DNA of 62,937 bases, the filler included, from Octopus bimaculoides (taxonomy: Eukaryota): the NCBI RefSeq assembly GCF_001194135.2. It is 5 parts of 5 records of this genome, joined end to end, with 100 filler letters (N's around TTAATTAATTAA, not from the genome) between each part and the next. Parts side by side here need not be neighbours in the genome. Positions count along the whole stretch, not along the records: positions 1 to 12,046 come from NC_069008.1; positions 12,147 to 25,959 come from NC_068981.1; 3 more parts are not named here. One strand, given 5' to 3'. Below, one piece after another: positions 10,706 to 22,740 of the stretch (position 1 is its first letter; the number at the start of each line of letters is the position of its first letter). The translations under genes and the position numbers were made by a program. The notes beneath the pieces are model-generated. The model saw nothing but the letters and a program-made list of their open reading frames with translations. It was not told where the DNA came from and did not search any database.

Positions 10706-11525
10706 AAAGAAAGCAAATTAAAAAGAAAAACCGAAAAGAAAAACAAAGAAGAAAGAAAAAAACAGAAGAGAACAAATAAGAAAGAAAACGAAAAAGAAAC
10801 AAAAAGAAAAGCAAAACATGAAAACAAAAATAAAACGAAGGAGACAGAGAGACATATACAAAAAAGCAAAAGAAAAGAAAATCAATGAAAAAAGGAAAGC
10901 AAAGAAATAAAACAAACAAAAAAGAAAGATAAAGGAAAAAGAAAAACAATTACGAAAGAAAACTAAAAAAGAAATGAAGTAAAACAAAAACATAAAAAGA
11001 TAGCAAAACAAAAAAGACAGACAAAGGAGGAAAGCAAATTAAAGACAAATAAACAAAGAAAAAGACAAAAATGAAAGACAATGAAAAACAAAGAAAAGGT
11101 AAAAAGAAAAAAGAAAATGTAAAAATAGCAAAACATTAGAAAAACAATGAAAAAAAACAGAAACGAAAATGTAAAAGAAAGAAACAAAAAGAAAAAGGGA
11201 AGAAGAAAAATGTAAAACAAATAAAAAAGCAAGATAAAGGAAAAAGAAAAACAATTACAAAAGAAAACTAAAAAAGAAATGAAGTAAAACAAAAACATAA
11301 AAAGATAGCAAAACAAAAATGACAGACAAAGGAGGAAAGCAAATTAAAGAAAAATAAAGAAAGGAAAAACAAAGAAAAAGACAAAAAAGAAAAACAAGGA
11401 AAAACAAAGAAAAGGTAAAAAGAAAAAGAAAAATAGCAAAACACTAGAAAAACAATGAAGAAAAAAAATGTAAAAAAAGAAACAAAAAGAAAAAGGGAAG
11501 AAGAAAAATGTAAAACAAATAAAAA
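10705..11525. repeat. A-rich tract with internal ~300-bp higher-order duplication
   Basis: aagataaaggaaaaagaaaaacaattac...gacagacaaaggaggaaagcaaatt occurs at ~10925-11040 and ~11230-11345. Confidence 0.85.
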
Positions 11526-11530
11526 AGATA

Positions 11531-11640
11531 TCATGGAAATTGTCAAACTGACCTTCGTCCACTTTTTAATGGCCATCAGAGAATTTCTACCATATCGGAT
11601 GACATTACCACCCTCACCATCACTCCGACGGGTTTCAAGT
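11531..11640 (-). mobile_element. Second fragment of the same Tc1/maT family
   Basis: Aligns by eye to 8327-8428 (tttctacca..tcggatgacattacc.cc..accatcactcc). Confidence 0.8.
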
Positions 11641-11660
11641 GTATATACATATAAATATAT

Positions 11661-11713
<53 letters not shown>

Positions 11714-11976
11714 CTTAAATCTTTAGTTAAATATATGCAATGAGAATATTATATACTGAATTTATACTGAGTGCTCTATTGTATCAAAGTGTTGATACTA
11801 ATAGAGTATTTATGTATTTAATACGAGCGATTATATATATTTTATAATATATTATTATTGATATCAGGAAATCAGTATTAGAAAATTCATCAGAAAGATA
11901 TATACATGTGTAAAATAATTGTTGTATTAAAAATATAAATATATATAAAAATATATGTAAATATGTATAATTATAA

Positions 11977-12046
<70 letters not shown>

Positions 12047-13565
12047 NNNNNNNNNNNNNNNNNNNNNNNNNNNNNNNNNNNNNNNNNNNNTTAATTAATT
12101 AANNNNNNNNNNNNNNNNNNNNNNNNNNNNNNNNNNNNNNNNNNNNTGTGTGTCTGTGTGTGTGTCTGTGTGTGTGTCTGTGTGTGTGTCTGTGTGTGTG
12201 TCTGTGTGTGTGTCTGTGTGTGTGTTTGTATGATATATTTAATATCAACGAGAATGAAGGTGTCCATTTATTCCTTGTGGCACACTACACAGGCAGTTAA
12301 TTCTCCTATGTGTAAATGAAAGATGATCGCAGTGTCTGGATTTATTTTCAACAAATATATCCGAAATTTATTAATATACATCTTATTATATATCACATTG
12401 ATACTCATACACAGTCTCCTGTCTTTTTGTATCACTGTATATCTCCCTCATTCTCTGAAGGATGCAAATATCATTACTTTCTTATGAGATAAAATTCAAT
12501 ACCAAACGTGAATACAGGCTGATAAAAAAAATAGGTTGATTCATAATTCCTATGTGCGAAGGTCAATTTATTTGAAGGAAATGTTACAAATAAACCAGTA
12601 GTTTTCAGCGCAGATTTAATTGACTGTTCCTATTTTGTTAATGTGAACCGGATATTATTAAAATTACAAGCTTATAGCTATTGTTGGTTATATATGAAAA
12701 GTTAACTATCTCTTCAGAGCCGTGATCCACTAAAATATATGTTGCGTGACTCAGGTTTCATAACATAAGGCAAGTGGAGATAGAATTTGCTAATCTAATA
12801 ACTTATTTACTCAGCCATTTATCTTGAACGAATAATAAATATATTTATTTATGAAAGGTTATTTTGTAACTTTATATGAATTTCTCTCATTCGATATTGA
12901 AATATATGCTCTTAGTGTCGTAAAACATTCTGTGTAATATATATCATAGATATACGCAAAGAGATGTTATACAATTCCATTAAAACATTTTATAAATCCA
13001 TCTTCTTGGACAGTTCGTGTTTTTAAATATTTTAGTTTTCATTTATGATTATTTAAGCTTCCGTCAAGTATGCAAAGTGATTTGAATAAGTTTGCAAAGT
13101 TTTCTAAAATAATTGAAATAGAAAATATAGAATGATTGTGATACAAAAATAAATTATACTTAAATATTGGAATGTAATTTTTCTCAATATTTGATTGCAA
13201 AATATGTCTTACATTCATTATAGTTCTTTTCTCTTTTTACTCTTAGTCTAAATGTAATTAAATTTAGAGGAAACAAGAGTGATGAAGAACAGATCACTTC
13301 TTAATTGTCAAACCAATTCAGTAATAATCACTACATATACTATTATAAGCAAATTAATAATCACTGCAATGCTATTATAAGCAAATTAGAATGTTGAAAC
13401 GCAGATGCAAACCTATTGTAGCTCAACAACATCATTCACTGATTAAACGAATATGATTGATTATACTTAATTCAACTACAACTTATATATATATATATAT
13501 ATATACATATATATATAGACACGCATATGTGTGTGTATGTGGGTGTGCTTATTTGCACACACCCC

Positions 13566-13629
<64 letters not shown>

Positions 13630-13663
13630 ATCTATCTATATGTGTGTGTCTGTATGTGTGCAT

Positions 13664-13707
<44 letters not shown>

Positions 13708-13893
13708 GCATGTATTTGTGTGTGTGTATATATATATTTTTATTTTAGTTTCAGCTCAAAGCTGTTGCCATGTTGTGGCACCGCCGTTTTGCAACACCGT
13801 TATTATTAAGAGCTTCCTCTAATATGTGACATTTGGTGAATAAGGCAGTTTGATCTCGGTACCCTCATTTGGACCGCCTGCCGCGAGGTAAGT

Positions 13894-16590
13894 TCATCTG
13901 GGGTTCTTGACAGGAAGATGTCCAGTTTTGATTTGAAAGAAAGCACCTACATTCACTTTGTGTAGATCCCTCAGACTCTTTGGGAGAATATTAAAAAGCT
14001 GTGGGCCCCTGAAACACAGGCTGTTGCAGTAACTGGTCCTGAAGCGCGATGGCATTGCTGAGTTCTTTGGTACTGTGCAGTGTCGACCCGTTCGTGCATT
14101 TGTATAACTTTCAATGCCAAAATTTGGCACAATTCCTTCCAGGATCTTCCTGATGTATATTACTGGATACCTCTCCCGCCTTCGCTCCAGAGGAAGAGTC
14201 TTAGCTGTTTCAGCCTTTCCCAGTAGCTGAGCTGTTAATCTTCTTTGCTGGATTGCTTCAAGATTCGCAGTTAATTTTACACTCTTGGTTGACCATAGTT
14301 GGGAGCAGTAATCCAGGCGGCTGAGGACGAATGTCCCTCTGAGGACCATCATGGATTCCTTCTCTCTGGTTATGAACGTTCTCAGGATACATCCAGCCAG
14401 TCCTCTGCACTTTGTCGCCATCCTGGTAATGTCACTTGGAAACAGGTATCATCGCTCATGTCGATACCCAGGTCCCGCACTGATTTAGACTCTGGGATTG
14501 TAATCGCCAGTGTACCTTGTAAGCTTCATATTCAGTTTTGGACGCTTGTAGCGCAGGGCCTGGAATTTTTCAGCATTAAACAGTATATGATTGTCCTCAG
14601 CCCATCTGTAATTTGAGTCCAACTCCTGTTGCAGGTGTATAACATCGCGGGGGTATCTAGCAAGGGTGGATATCCGAGCAGCTGAGGGCATATCTGAAAG
14701 AGCCAGTATGAAAAGCATTGGTCCTAAGACAGTGCCCTCGCTATTTGTGTTTCTCCTGAGGTGGCTCCATTGACCGCTACTGCCTGATTCTCTCCTTCAG
14801 AAAGTCATGTAACCACTCTGCAAGTTTTCCAGCTATGCCGAGATCACGCAGTTTGTGGTATATCTTTTGGAAATCAAGGTATATTACATCCACATTTGAG
14901 TTGTGGAGCAACTGCATCAACACCCAATCATAGTGCTGTAAGTGCTGGGTCAGGGAGCTCCTACTTGGTGAAAGCCATGCTGGGTGTCATTCAGCAAGTC
15001 ATTTTCTTCAAGGAATGCAATTAGTTTCCCTCTAAATATTCGTTCCATGACTTTGCTGATGTGTGAAGTCAGAGAGATAGGTCTATAGTTTTTGGCATCT
15101 GCTCTGCTTCCTCCCTTATGGATTGGGCATATTATTCCCTCCTTCAGTTTGCCTGGCATCCTGCAATTTGCAAGAAAGCTCTGGAAGAGAATCTGTAGTG
15201 GTTTCTCCAGGGCACGCTTACACGATTTGAGGAGGATTGCTGGACCAGCAGTTAAGTTTGCGTCCGCCACATCTCCGCTTGTAGTACATCTTCTTCACTA
15301 ATGTCGATGTAATCCATCGTAACTGCCTCGCTGACTATAGGAAATCCACTGGTTCGTTCACTTGTCTGTGATAAGAAATCCGCTGGTTCGTTCACTTGTC
15401 TGTGTTCCAACGTGGTGGTAAAGACACTTTGGAACTGGTCATTCAGTAGCTCACTGATCTTAGTTGGACTATCCGTGAGAGAGCCATCCTTTTGGAAGAG
15501 GGGTCCTATTTTGCGGCGTATTGAGGCTGTTTCTTTGGCATAATGAAAGAAGGCCTATGGGTTTGACTTTTTTCTCCATCCGTGTTGCTTTTAGGCAGAA
15601 CCGTTCAATACTTTTGGAATGCTGATTGAAGCGATTTGCAGCCTTCGTCCGTCGTCTCATGCCGATCTTCTTCTCCCTTGGAATATTACTCCTTTTTGTG
15701 TTGGCCTTCTGCTCTGGGACATATTTCTAGCATATGGTTTGCATAACAGACATAAAATATTCTAGTTTCATGCCAATGTCTGGTGTGGAGAGACATTTCG
15801 GCCAGTACTGTCTGAGGATATCTTTTTGGATCGATTTCCAGTCTGCTTTGTGGAAGTTCAGATTGGAGAAATTTTGGGTTCTTCCTTTAGGCTGTATGTC
15901 TCTGGCTACTTTTGGTCCATACATAGACAGCTCTATTATGCTGCGATCCTAAACTAATGTCAGCGTCACTTTCATATCATGAACAATGTCCATTTTTTTG
16001 TGAAGCAGAGATCCAAAATGTTATTCGCCCTCGTTGGTCTGAGCTCAACTTGTTCTATGAATAGAGCATTGGAGAGGTTTGGCAGGGACTCCACCTGTGC
16101 TTGTTTGAAATGAGGGATTCCTGAGCGCATGAGGCCTTCGGGCCATTTGACATTCGTAAAACTGAAATACACTCAAGTGGTGTTCCAGTTTCATGATGAT
16201 TTCTTTAATTCTTGTGAGGCAATCTTGAAAACTTGCCTATGTGGTTTGGAGCATCCGGTGGGCGATATGTATTGCATATGACTATATTGAGTTGTCTTAT
16301 ATATACAATTATAATTTGAGTATGACAGTAAGACATGGGGTGTGAGGTCTTCCCGGATGTATACAGCAATTCCACCATGGCTCCTTTCCGTTCTGTCTGT
16401 TCGTAGTATAGCATATTTTGCTACGTGTACTTCTGAATCCTCTATATTAGGGTTCAGATGTGTTTCCACGAGTGCTACGCATAGGGCCTGATTGCATGCA
16501 GCAAGGTCTCTCAGGAAAAAAATTACTTTTGCTGTTGTGATGCAACAGGCCTCCAAATTTAATAAAAATATTTTGGGGTAACGACTGCGC
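13894..16590 (-). pseudogene. LINE ORF2 (AP endonuclease + reverse transcriptase), disrupted
   Basis: EN: ALVETHL...LRTDRTERSHGGIAVYIRE. RT: NYRPISLTSHISKVMER, TQHGF, GTVLGPMLFILALSDM, LFNAEKFQALRY. C-terminus: SRLDYCSQLWS, LERRRERY. The YADD motif is missing. Confidence 0.9.
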
Positions 16591-16599
16591 AGGCGTTAT

Positions 16600-17411
16600 G
16601 GGAGGCCATCTCGTGTTTGTTGATTGTGGTTGTTTTGCGCAGGTTCCGGTGTTGTGCTTGATGTAGCCAGGTCAGCTTGCTGCACAATCTTTTGTGCCAG
16701 GCACAAAAAAGACTCTTGCTCAGCTGCTGCTTTGCGCATAAAATCTGAAGAGCGCACTGCATTTGTATACTTCTTCTTTAGAACCGATTGAGGTTTTGCT
16801 CAGGGAAGTATTTCTCTTTAAGGACCCTGTAGTTTTGGTGGGATCTCGGGTGAACAAACAGGTAGTCGGTACCGCCTTTCCCATGCCAACATTTGCCTTG
16901 CAGGTAAAATTTACATGTCCTTGACTTCACTCCAAATTTCTTCCCTTCTCTAGTGTTTCTGATTCTGTTGGAGCCTCCATGTTTCAGTTCTCTGTTTTTG
17001 TTCAGTAGTTTGGAGTTTCGGTTTTAGTTATTTCATCTTTTCCTTTTCCTATTTACTCCCCTTCCTTCTTTATGTTTGTGCTCGTGTTCTTTCTTTCCCC
17101 TTTCTGGTTGTAGCACTTGCATTCCTCTGGTTGTCCAATGGGGTGAGGGCTCAATTCCTTTGTAGGACCACTGGCACAGAGGGACTTCTTGTTGTTGCTT
17201 CTCTAGCTTTCCTATCCTTATCTACCTTGCAGTAATTTTCTATGATGACATCGAGAGTGTCCATGTGTGGTCTAATAAGGGTATAGGGTCGGATGAATTC
17301 ATTTTTCTTCCGCTCTATCTGCTCAATCATTCTACAGAAGCCATTTTTCTTCAGTTCAGCAGTGATGATGTTATTTCGAGCAAACGTCCATGCTGGCAAC
17401 AGAATATTCAA
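16600..17411 (-). pseudogene. Putative LINE ORF1 with a CCCH-like zinc finger
   Basis: Minus strand ~16915-16850 translates TCKFYLQGKCWHGKGGTDYLFVHP (third Cys appears replaced by Tyr). The assignment of 17151-17411 to ORF1 is positional only. Confidence 0.55.
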
Positions 17412-17459
17412 TTCTTTGCTCTCCTACGTTGATGCTATCCTTTTTTCTGAGCCCAGAGG

Positions 17460-18240
17460 GGGAGGGAGGATAGAGAGGAAGTGAGAGAGACAGAGGAAGG
17501 TAGAAAGGAAGAAAGACATAGAGAAGGAGAGGGAGATATGAAGGAAAAACAGGGTGTGATATGAGAAAGAGAAAGGGTATGGAGTGATAGCGAGACAGAG
17601 GGAGGGAAAGGAGGGGAACAGAGAGACAAAGTGAGGGAGAAAGAGGAGAGAATGAAGAATGTGAGGGAACGGGAGAGACGGAGTGAGAGGAAGAGGAGGG
17701 AAATCAGAAATATATGAGGGAGGGGGTGAGATGAGAGGGGAGAGGTTGAAGTAGAGAGAGACAAAGGAAGGGAGAGAGAATTGGGAAAAGAAGAAAGATA
17801 TGAAAGCGAGGGAGAGGAAAGAGAAAGAGAAAGGTATGAAGGAGAGAGGGAGTGGAGAGAAAAAAGAGGAAGGTATAAAAAGAGAGGGAGGGAGAGGAGA
17901 GAAAGAGAGGAAGGTATGAAGGAGAGAGGGAGAGAGGTAGATGTAGAGAGAGACAAATGGAGGGAGAAGGAAGTTGCAAAGGAAGAAAATATGAAAGAGA
18001 TGGAGAGACAGAATGAGGAAGAGATGTGAGAATAAGAGGAAGGTATGAAAGAGAGAAGGAGAGAACTAGGTGAAAAGAGAGACAAAGAGAGGGAGAGAGA
18101 AGCGGGAAAAGGAGAGAGATATGAAAGGGAAGCAGAGAGGAGGGAGGAAGAGGAAAGTATGTAAGAGTGAGGGGAGGAGCAGGTAACGAAGATACGACGG
18201 AAAGAGAAAAACGAAAAATATAGAGCGAGAGGGCCGCTGT
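17460..18240. repeat. Polypurine (GA-rich) low-complexity tract
   Basis: Almost exclusively G/A on the + strand for ~780 bp. Confidence 0.95.
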
Positions 18241-19089
18241 AATAAAAAAGATAAAGTGAAAGGAAAGAGGTTTCGTAACGAATTTGCCACCGTAAATTTT
18301 TCAAGTAGAATGTAAACGAAGAGGTCGCTGTAAGAAAAAGGTAAATGAAAACCGATAGTGATAAAAAGAAGATGCTTCGTAACGAATTTGCTAGTGTAAA
18401 TTTTCAAATAGAATGTTAACAAACAATATGTTTTCGTTCAAATTTTCATCCGGTATTACCAAAAATAAAACAAAATAAACAAAATGAATAGGATACTTAT
18501 TCCCAAGAGGCAACATTCTAATCCTTGTTCTTGTATGTAGAAGTTATGTTTGAAAGAAAAATCGATTACTCTTTACACACGGCCACTTATGAAAGTACGA
18601 TTTATTATCACATGCTTTCTTCGAGGTTAACTCTGCCTTGCGTCGCTGACTTTCATGTAATATATTAAACTTTTAGTGTAATATATTAATCTTTTTTACT
18701 AATATATTATAGGAGACCGTTATGGAATAACAAGTATTACGTTTATTTTTCGTCAGTTTTAGTTTGGTTGTTTCAAGAGCACAAAAAGCACGTCTTCCAC
18801 AAACGAACGCGGAAGGAACATGTATTTAATACAATATAATATAATATAATATAATATAATATAATATATATCTATACTATATATAAAACAGAGATGTGTG
18901 TGTAATCGCTTATCACGTGAAAACGGCTTCAACATTTACTTCCATACTTGTGATGCATGAATAATTTGACCTCGGATAAATCTGAGGCTCTTCATTTGAT
19001 TTTTTAAATTAAGATAAATAATATTGCTTTATATTTAAGATTCACTTCTTTAAAAAGGTTCCTCAATGTCAACTTCCGGTAGCCATAGT

Positions 19090-19440
19090 TTTCTCTTCAC
19101 TTTAACTTCAATCGTTACTGTTCGCACTAAAAGTTTAATCACATTTACTGATGTAAGTAATTTCATAATTTAGTAACAGAAGTACGGTTTTCTGTTTCCC
19201 TGTTGGTGAGGGTTTTTTTTTCTGGTACCTTCGATACTGGCTGTTTGGTTCACTGAGTGACAAATTTCGATTCAACATCACTTTCACTTCAATCGTTACT
19301 GTTCGAAAATAAAAGTTTACGTTTTCAATCGCTAACAAGTTCACATTTACTGATGTAAGTAATTTCATAATTTAGTAACAGAAGTACGGTTTTCTGTTTC
19401 CCTGTTGGTGAGGGTTTTTTTTTCTGGTACCTTCGATACT
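19090..19440. repeat. ~200-bp tandem repeat inside the Helitron
   Basis: cacatttactgatgtaagtaatttcataatttagtaacagaagtacggttttctg...ctggtaccttcgatact occurs twice and runs into the gap. Confidence 0.9.
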
Positions 19441-20063
19441 NNNNNNNNNNNNNNNNNNNNNNNNNNNNNNNNNNNNNNNNNNNNNNNNNNNNNNNNNNNN
19501 NNNNNNNNNNNNNNNNNNNNNNNNNNNNNNNNNNNNNNNNNNNNNNNNNNNNNNNNNNNNNNNNNNNNNNNNNNNNNNNNNNNNNNNNNNNNNNNNNNNN
19601 NNNNNNNNNNNNNNNNNNNNNNNNNNNNNNNNNNNNNNNNNNNNNNNNNNNNNNNNNNNNNNNNNNNNNNNNNNNNNNNNNNNNNNNNNNNNNNNNNNNN
19701 NNNNNNNNNNNNNNNNNNNNNNNNNNNNNNNNNNNNNNNNNNNNNNNNNNNNNNNNNNNNNNNNNNNNNNNNNNNNNNNNNNNNNNNNNNNNNNNNNNNN
19801 NNNNNNNNNNNNNNNNNNNNNNNNNNNNNNNNNNNNNNNNNNNNNNNNNNNNNNNNNNNNNNNNNNNNNNNNNNNNNNNNNNNNNNNNNNNNNNNNNNNN
19901 NNNNNNNNNNNNNNNNNNNNNNNNNNNNNNNNNNNNNNNNNNNNNNNNNNNNNNNNNNNNNNNNNNNNNNNNNNNNNNNNNNNNNNNNNNNNNNNNNNNN
20001 NNNNNNNNNNNNNNNNNNNNNNNNNNNNNNNNNNNNNNNNNNNNNNNNNNNNNNNNNNNNNNN

Positions 20064-21172
20064 AAAAGGAGGTATACTGGCAAGTTCTTACATCTCTGGA
20101 CAATAACACTGGTGGGGGTTTTCTTAGATGCTCCTGGAAGCACAGGAAAGACATTATTGATCAACCTGCTTCTTGCCAAGGTGAGACAGAAGAAGAAGAT
20201 TGCTCTGGCTGTTGCATCCTCTGGGATTGCAGCTACCCTCCTAACAGGTGGAAGAACAGCCCATTCAACATTCAAGCTGCCTCTGAACCTCATCCAAAAT
20301 GAATCTCCTTTATGCAACATAACAAAGAATACAGTGTTAGCAAAACTCCTTACAGATGCCAAACTCATTGTCTGGGATNNNNNNNNNNACAAAGAATACA
20401 GTGTTAGCAAAACTCCTTACAGATGCCAAACTCATTGTCTGGGATGAGGCAACAATATCCCATTAGGCAGCCTTTGAAGCGCTTGATAGAACACTACAAG
20501 ACTTCAGAAACAATAAGAAGATCATGGGTGGTCTCACCCACCTCATGGCTGGTGACTTCAGGCAAACGCTGCCTGTCGTTCCCAGAGGAACCAGGGCGGA
20601 TGAGCTGAGAGCTTGCATCAAGTCCTCATATATCTGGCAACATGTAAAGCAACTTACTCTGACAACCAACATGAGGGTTCACATTCATGGTGACCTGTTA
20701 GCCGCACAGTTCTCCAACAAGTTACTTGACATTGGAAATGGAAAACTTCCACAAGATCCAGAAGATAATCTGCATCATCTCCCATATGCCAAAACATTGC
20801 CACAAACTACAAAAGTCACAAGTGGCTACGTGAAAGAACAACTCTGGCACCAAGGAATTATTCTGTAGACAAGCTGAATTTAAATTTGTTAACTCAGCTT
20901 CCAGGACCTGAATGTTCATACAGATCAATTAACTCTGTCCCTGATCAAGAACAGGCAACGCATTACCCAGTGGAGTTCCTCAATTCACTTCAGCCACCAG
21001 GATTTCCACCACACATTCTGATCGTGAAAATAGGTGCTCCCATAATGCTATTAAGAAACCTTGATGCACCCAGACTCTGCAATGGAACACGGTTGGTTGT
21101 TAAAACAGCCATGCCCCATGTGTTGGAAGCAACAATAATTACAGGCAACATGATGGGTGAGAATGTCTTCAT
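20064..21172 (+). pseudogene. Helitron Pif1-family helicase fragment
   Basis: Walker A DAPGSTGKT, ASSGIAATLL.GGRTAHSTFKLP, Walker B IVWDE, AGDFRQTLPV, LTTNMR, LLRNLDAPRLCNGTRL; in-frame stops and a frameshift. Confidence 0.95.
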
Positions 21173-21755
21173 NNNNNNNNNNNNNNNNNNNNNNNNNNNN
21201 NNNNNNNNNNNNNNNNNNNNNNNNNNNNNNNNNNNNNNNNNNNNNNNNNNNNNNNNNNNNNNNNNNNNNNNNNNNNNNNNNNNNNNNNNNNNNNNNNNNN
21301 NNNNNNNNNNNNNNNNNNNNNNNNNNNNNNNNNNNNNNNNNNNNNNNNNNNNNNNNNNNNNNNNNNNNNNNNNNNNNNNNNNNNNNNNNNNNNNNNNNNN
21401 NNNNNNNNNNNNNNNNNNNNNNNNNNNNNNNNNNNNNNNNNNNNNNNNNNNNNNNNNNNNNNNNNNNNNAAGACAGAAAACATAGTATATGAAGAAGCAC
21501 TTACATGAATAGTATGTACATGACATATACAAAAGTGTAAAACCATTGAGTGTTAAAGTAAGTATTACTATTACACTTTCACTTTTCGACTGACATGCAT
21601 CAATGTATATCTGTGTATATAACAGTGAAACAAAAACGTGGTATATTCACTGTGTGAATTTTTTTTCATTTAAGCCCCATTTTAATTATCGTAAAAGTTT
21701 CCAAGTACCAATAAGCAACAATTTCATTCCCGGGCAACGCCGGGTGGCTCTGCTA

Positions 21756-21793
<38 letters not shown>

Positions 21794-21944
21794 GAAATCG
21801 TGGAAACACCTCTTTATATTTCACTATTCCTTTTATTAGCAACACGACTGTATATTATTAGCAGTACGACTGTATATATGTGTTCATTTGCCTTATATAT
21901 GCGTTGAACGTCATGCTGTAGCTTCTTGCATTTTTTCTACCTAA

Positions 21945-22300
21945 ATTCACAAGAGGACAAATTGCTGGAGGGAAGATGTTTGGATGTTTGCTTCATTTAC
22001 TAAAGCTGCTACAATGTTTAATGTTTCGTGAGCTTTAGTCTCTAAAATCATCTTAGCGTTCCAAACAGAGGTTAAACCTACTCGGACATACATAACTCTA
22101 GACAGATGACAAAGCTTACAGAGATGGACCGCTGAGTAGTGAAACGCATTGTGTCTATAAAGCATCGAACTACGGCTGCAAAAGTGACAGTACAGCTAAA
22201 CCATAACCTTGCTAAGCCTGTGTCCACGAAAACCGTCGCAAGCTTCATAAAGCTGAATGCTATGGGATGCCTGGAATTACTAATCATATCCTGCCCCCTT
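21945..22300 (+). pseudogene. Tc1 transposase N-terminal (HTH) fragment
   Basis: RGQIAGG...KRIVSIKHRTTAAKVTVQLNHNLAKPVSTKTV. Confidence 0.75.
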
Positions 22301-22469
22301 TTAGTGCTGATAATCATAAACATGCTGTCTAGATTATCAAATGCATAAATGGATTTGATGTTCTGTAAATATCTGATGAATAATCAAATCTCTCTTTCTC
22401 AGTATCTGTATGTGTGTGTGTGTGTGTATATGTATGTATGCATGATGTAAAATTTCAAACAAATTGATT

Positions 22470-22740
22470 TTAATATGGGGTACGACAGTTTTTGGCAGTA
22501 ATTACAGCTTGAATCCTATGAGGTATGGACATATACAACGTTTGAATTGTTTCCAAAGGAATTTTTGCTCGTTCTGCAGCTAAAGCAGTCACCAGTTCTC
22601 GTAGTGATGATGGTGGAGGATATTGGTTCCGTAGGTTTTTACTCCACTCTAAACGCTTTGCAACGTTTGTTTTTGAAAGTAGTGGTTTTCTGATTGCAGC
22701 CCTCCCGTGTGTTAGGAACTTGTCTTTTCTTCTACACAGA
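22470..22740 (-). pseudogene. Tc1 transposase with in-frame loss of the DDE domain
   Basis: Manual translation HGRAAIRKPLLSKTNVAKRLEWSKNLRN|QYPPPSSLRELVTALAAERAKIPLETIQTLYMSIPHRIQAVITAKNCRTPY*. Confidence 0.85.

Larger units (their letters stand above)
13805..17430 (-). mobile_element. Near-full-length decayed APE-RT non-LTR retrotransposon (CR1/L2/Jockey-group-like)
   Basis: ORF1-like region, endonuclease, RT and C-terminal motifs occur in colinear order across frameshifted ORFs. Confidence 0.9.
18871..21756 (+). mobile_element. Helitron with intact termini (apparently internally deleted; contains N gaps)
   Basis: 5' A|TCTATACTATATATAAAA at 18871; 3' hairpin cccgggcaacgccggg then CTAG|T at 21753-21756; A|T insertion site; Pif1 helicase inside. 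Confidence 0.9.

Noticed and set aside
9251-11708. Long Phe/Leu-rich 'membrane protein' ORFs
   Set aside because: They are translations of the T-rich strand of low-complexity tracts.
12091-12102. ttaattaattaa embedded in N runs (also at ~26004, ~55178, ~60073)
   Set aside because: It is an identical 12-mer always flanked by Ns and gives stops in all frames, so it is a scaffolding spacer, not biology.
17435-18304. 289-aa Ser/Leu-rich ORF and the Glu/Arg-rich ORF on the opposite strand
   Set aside because: They are translations of the GA/CT tract.
20325-20445. Apparent 55-bp tandem duplication in the helicase (similar cases at 36195-36290 and 49660-49760)
   Set aside because: Each is centred on a ~10-N gap, so these are unmerged overlapping contig ends.
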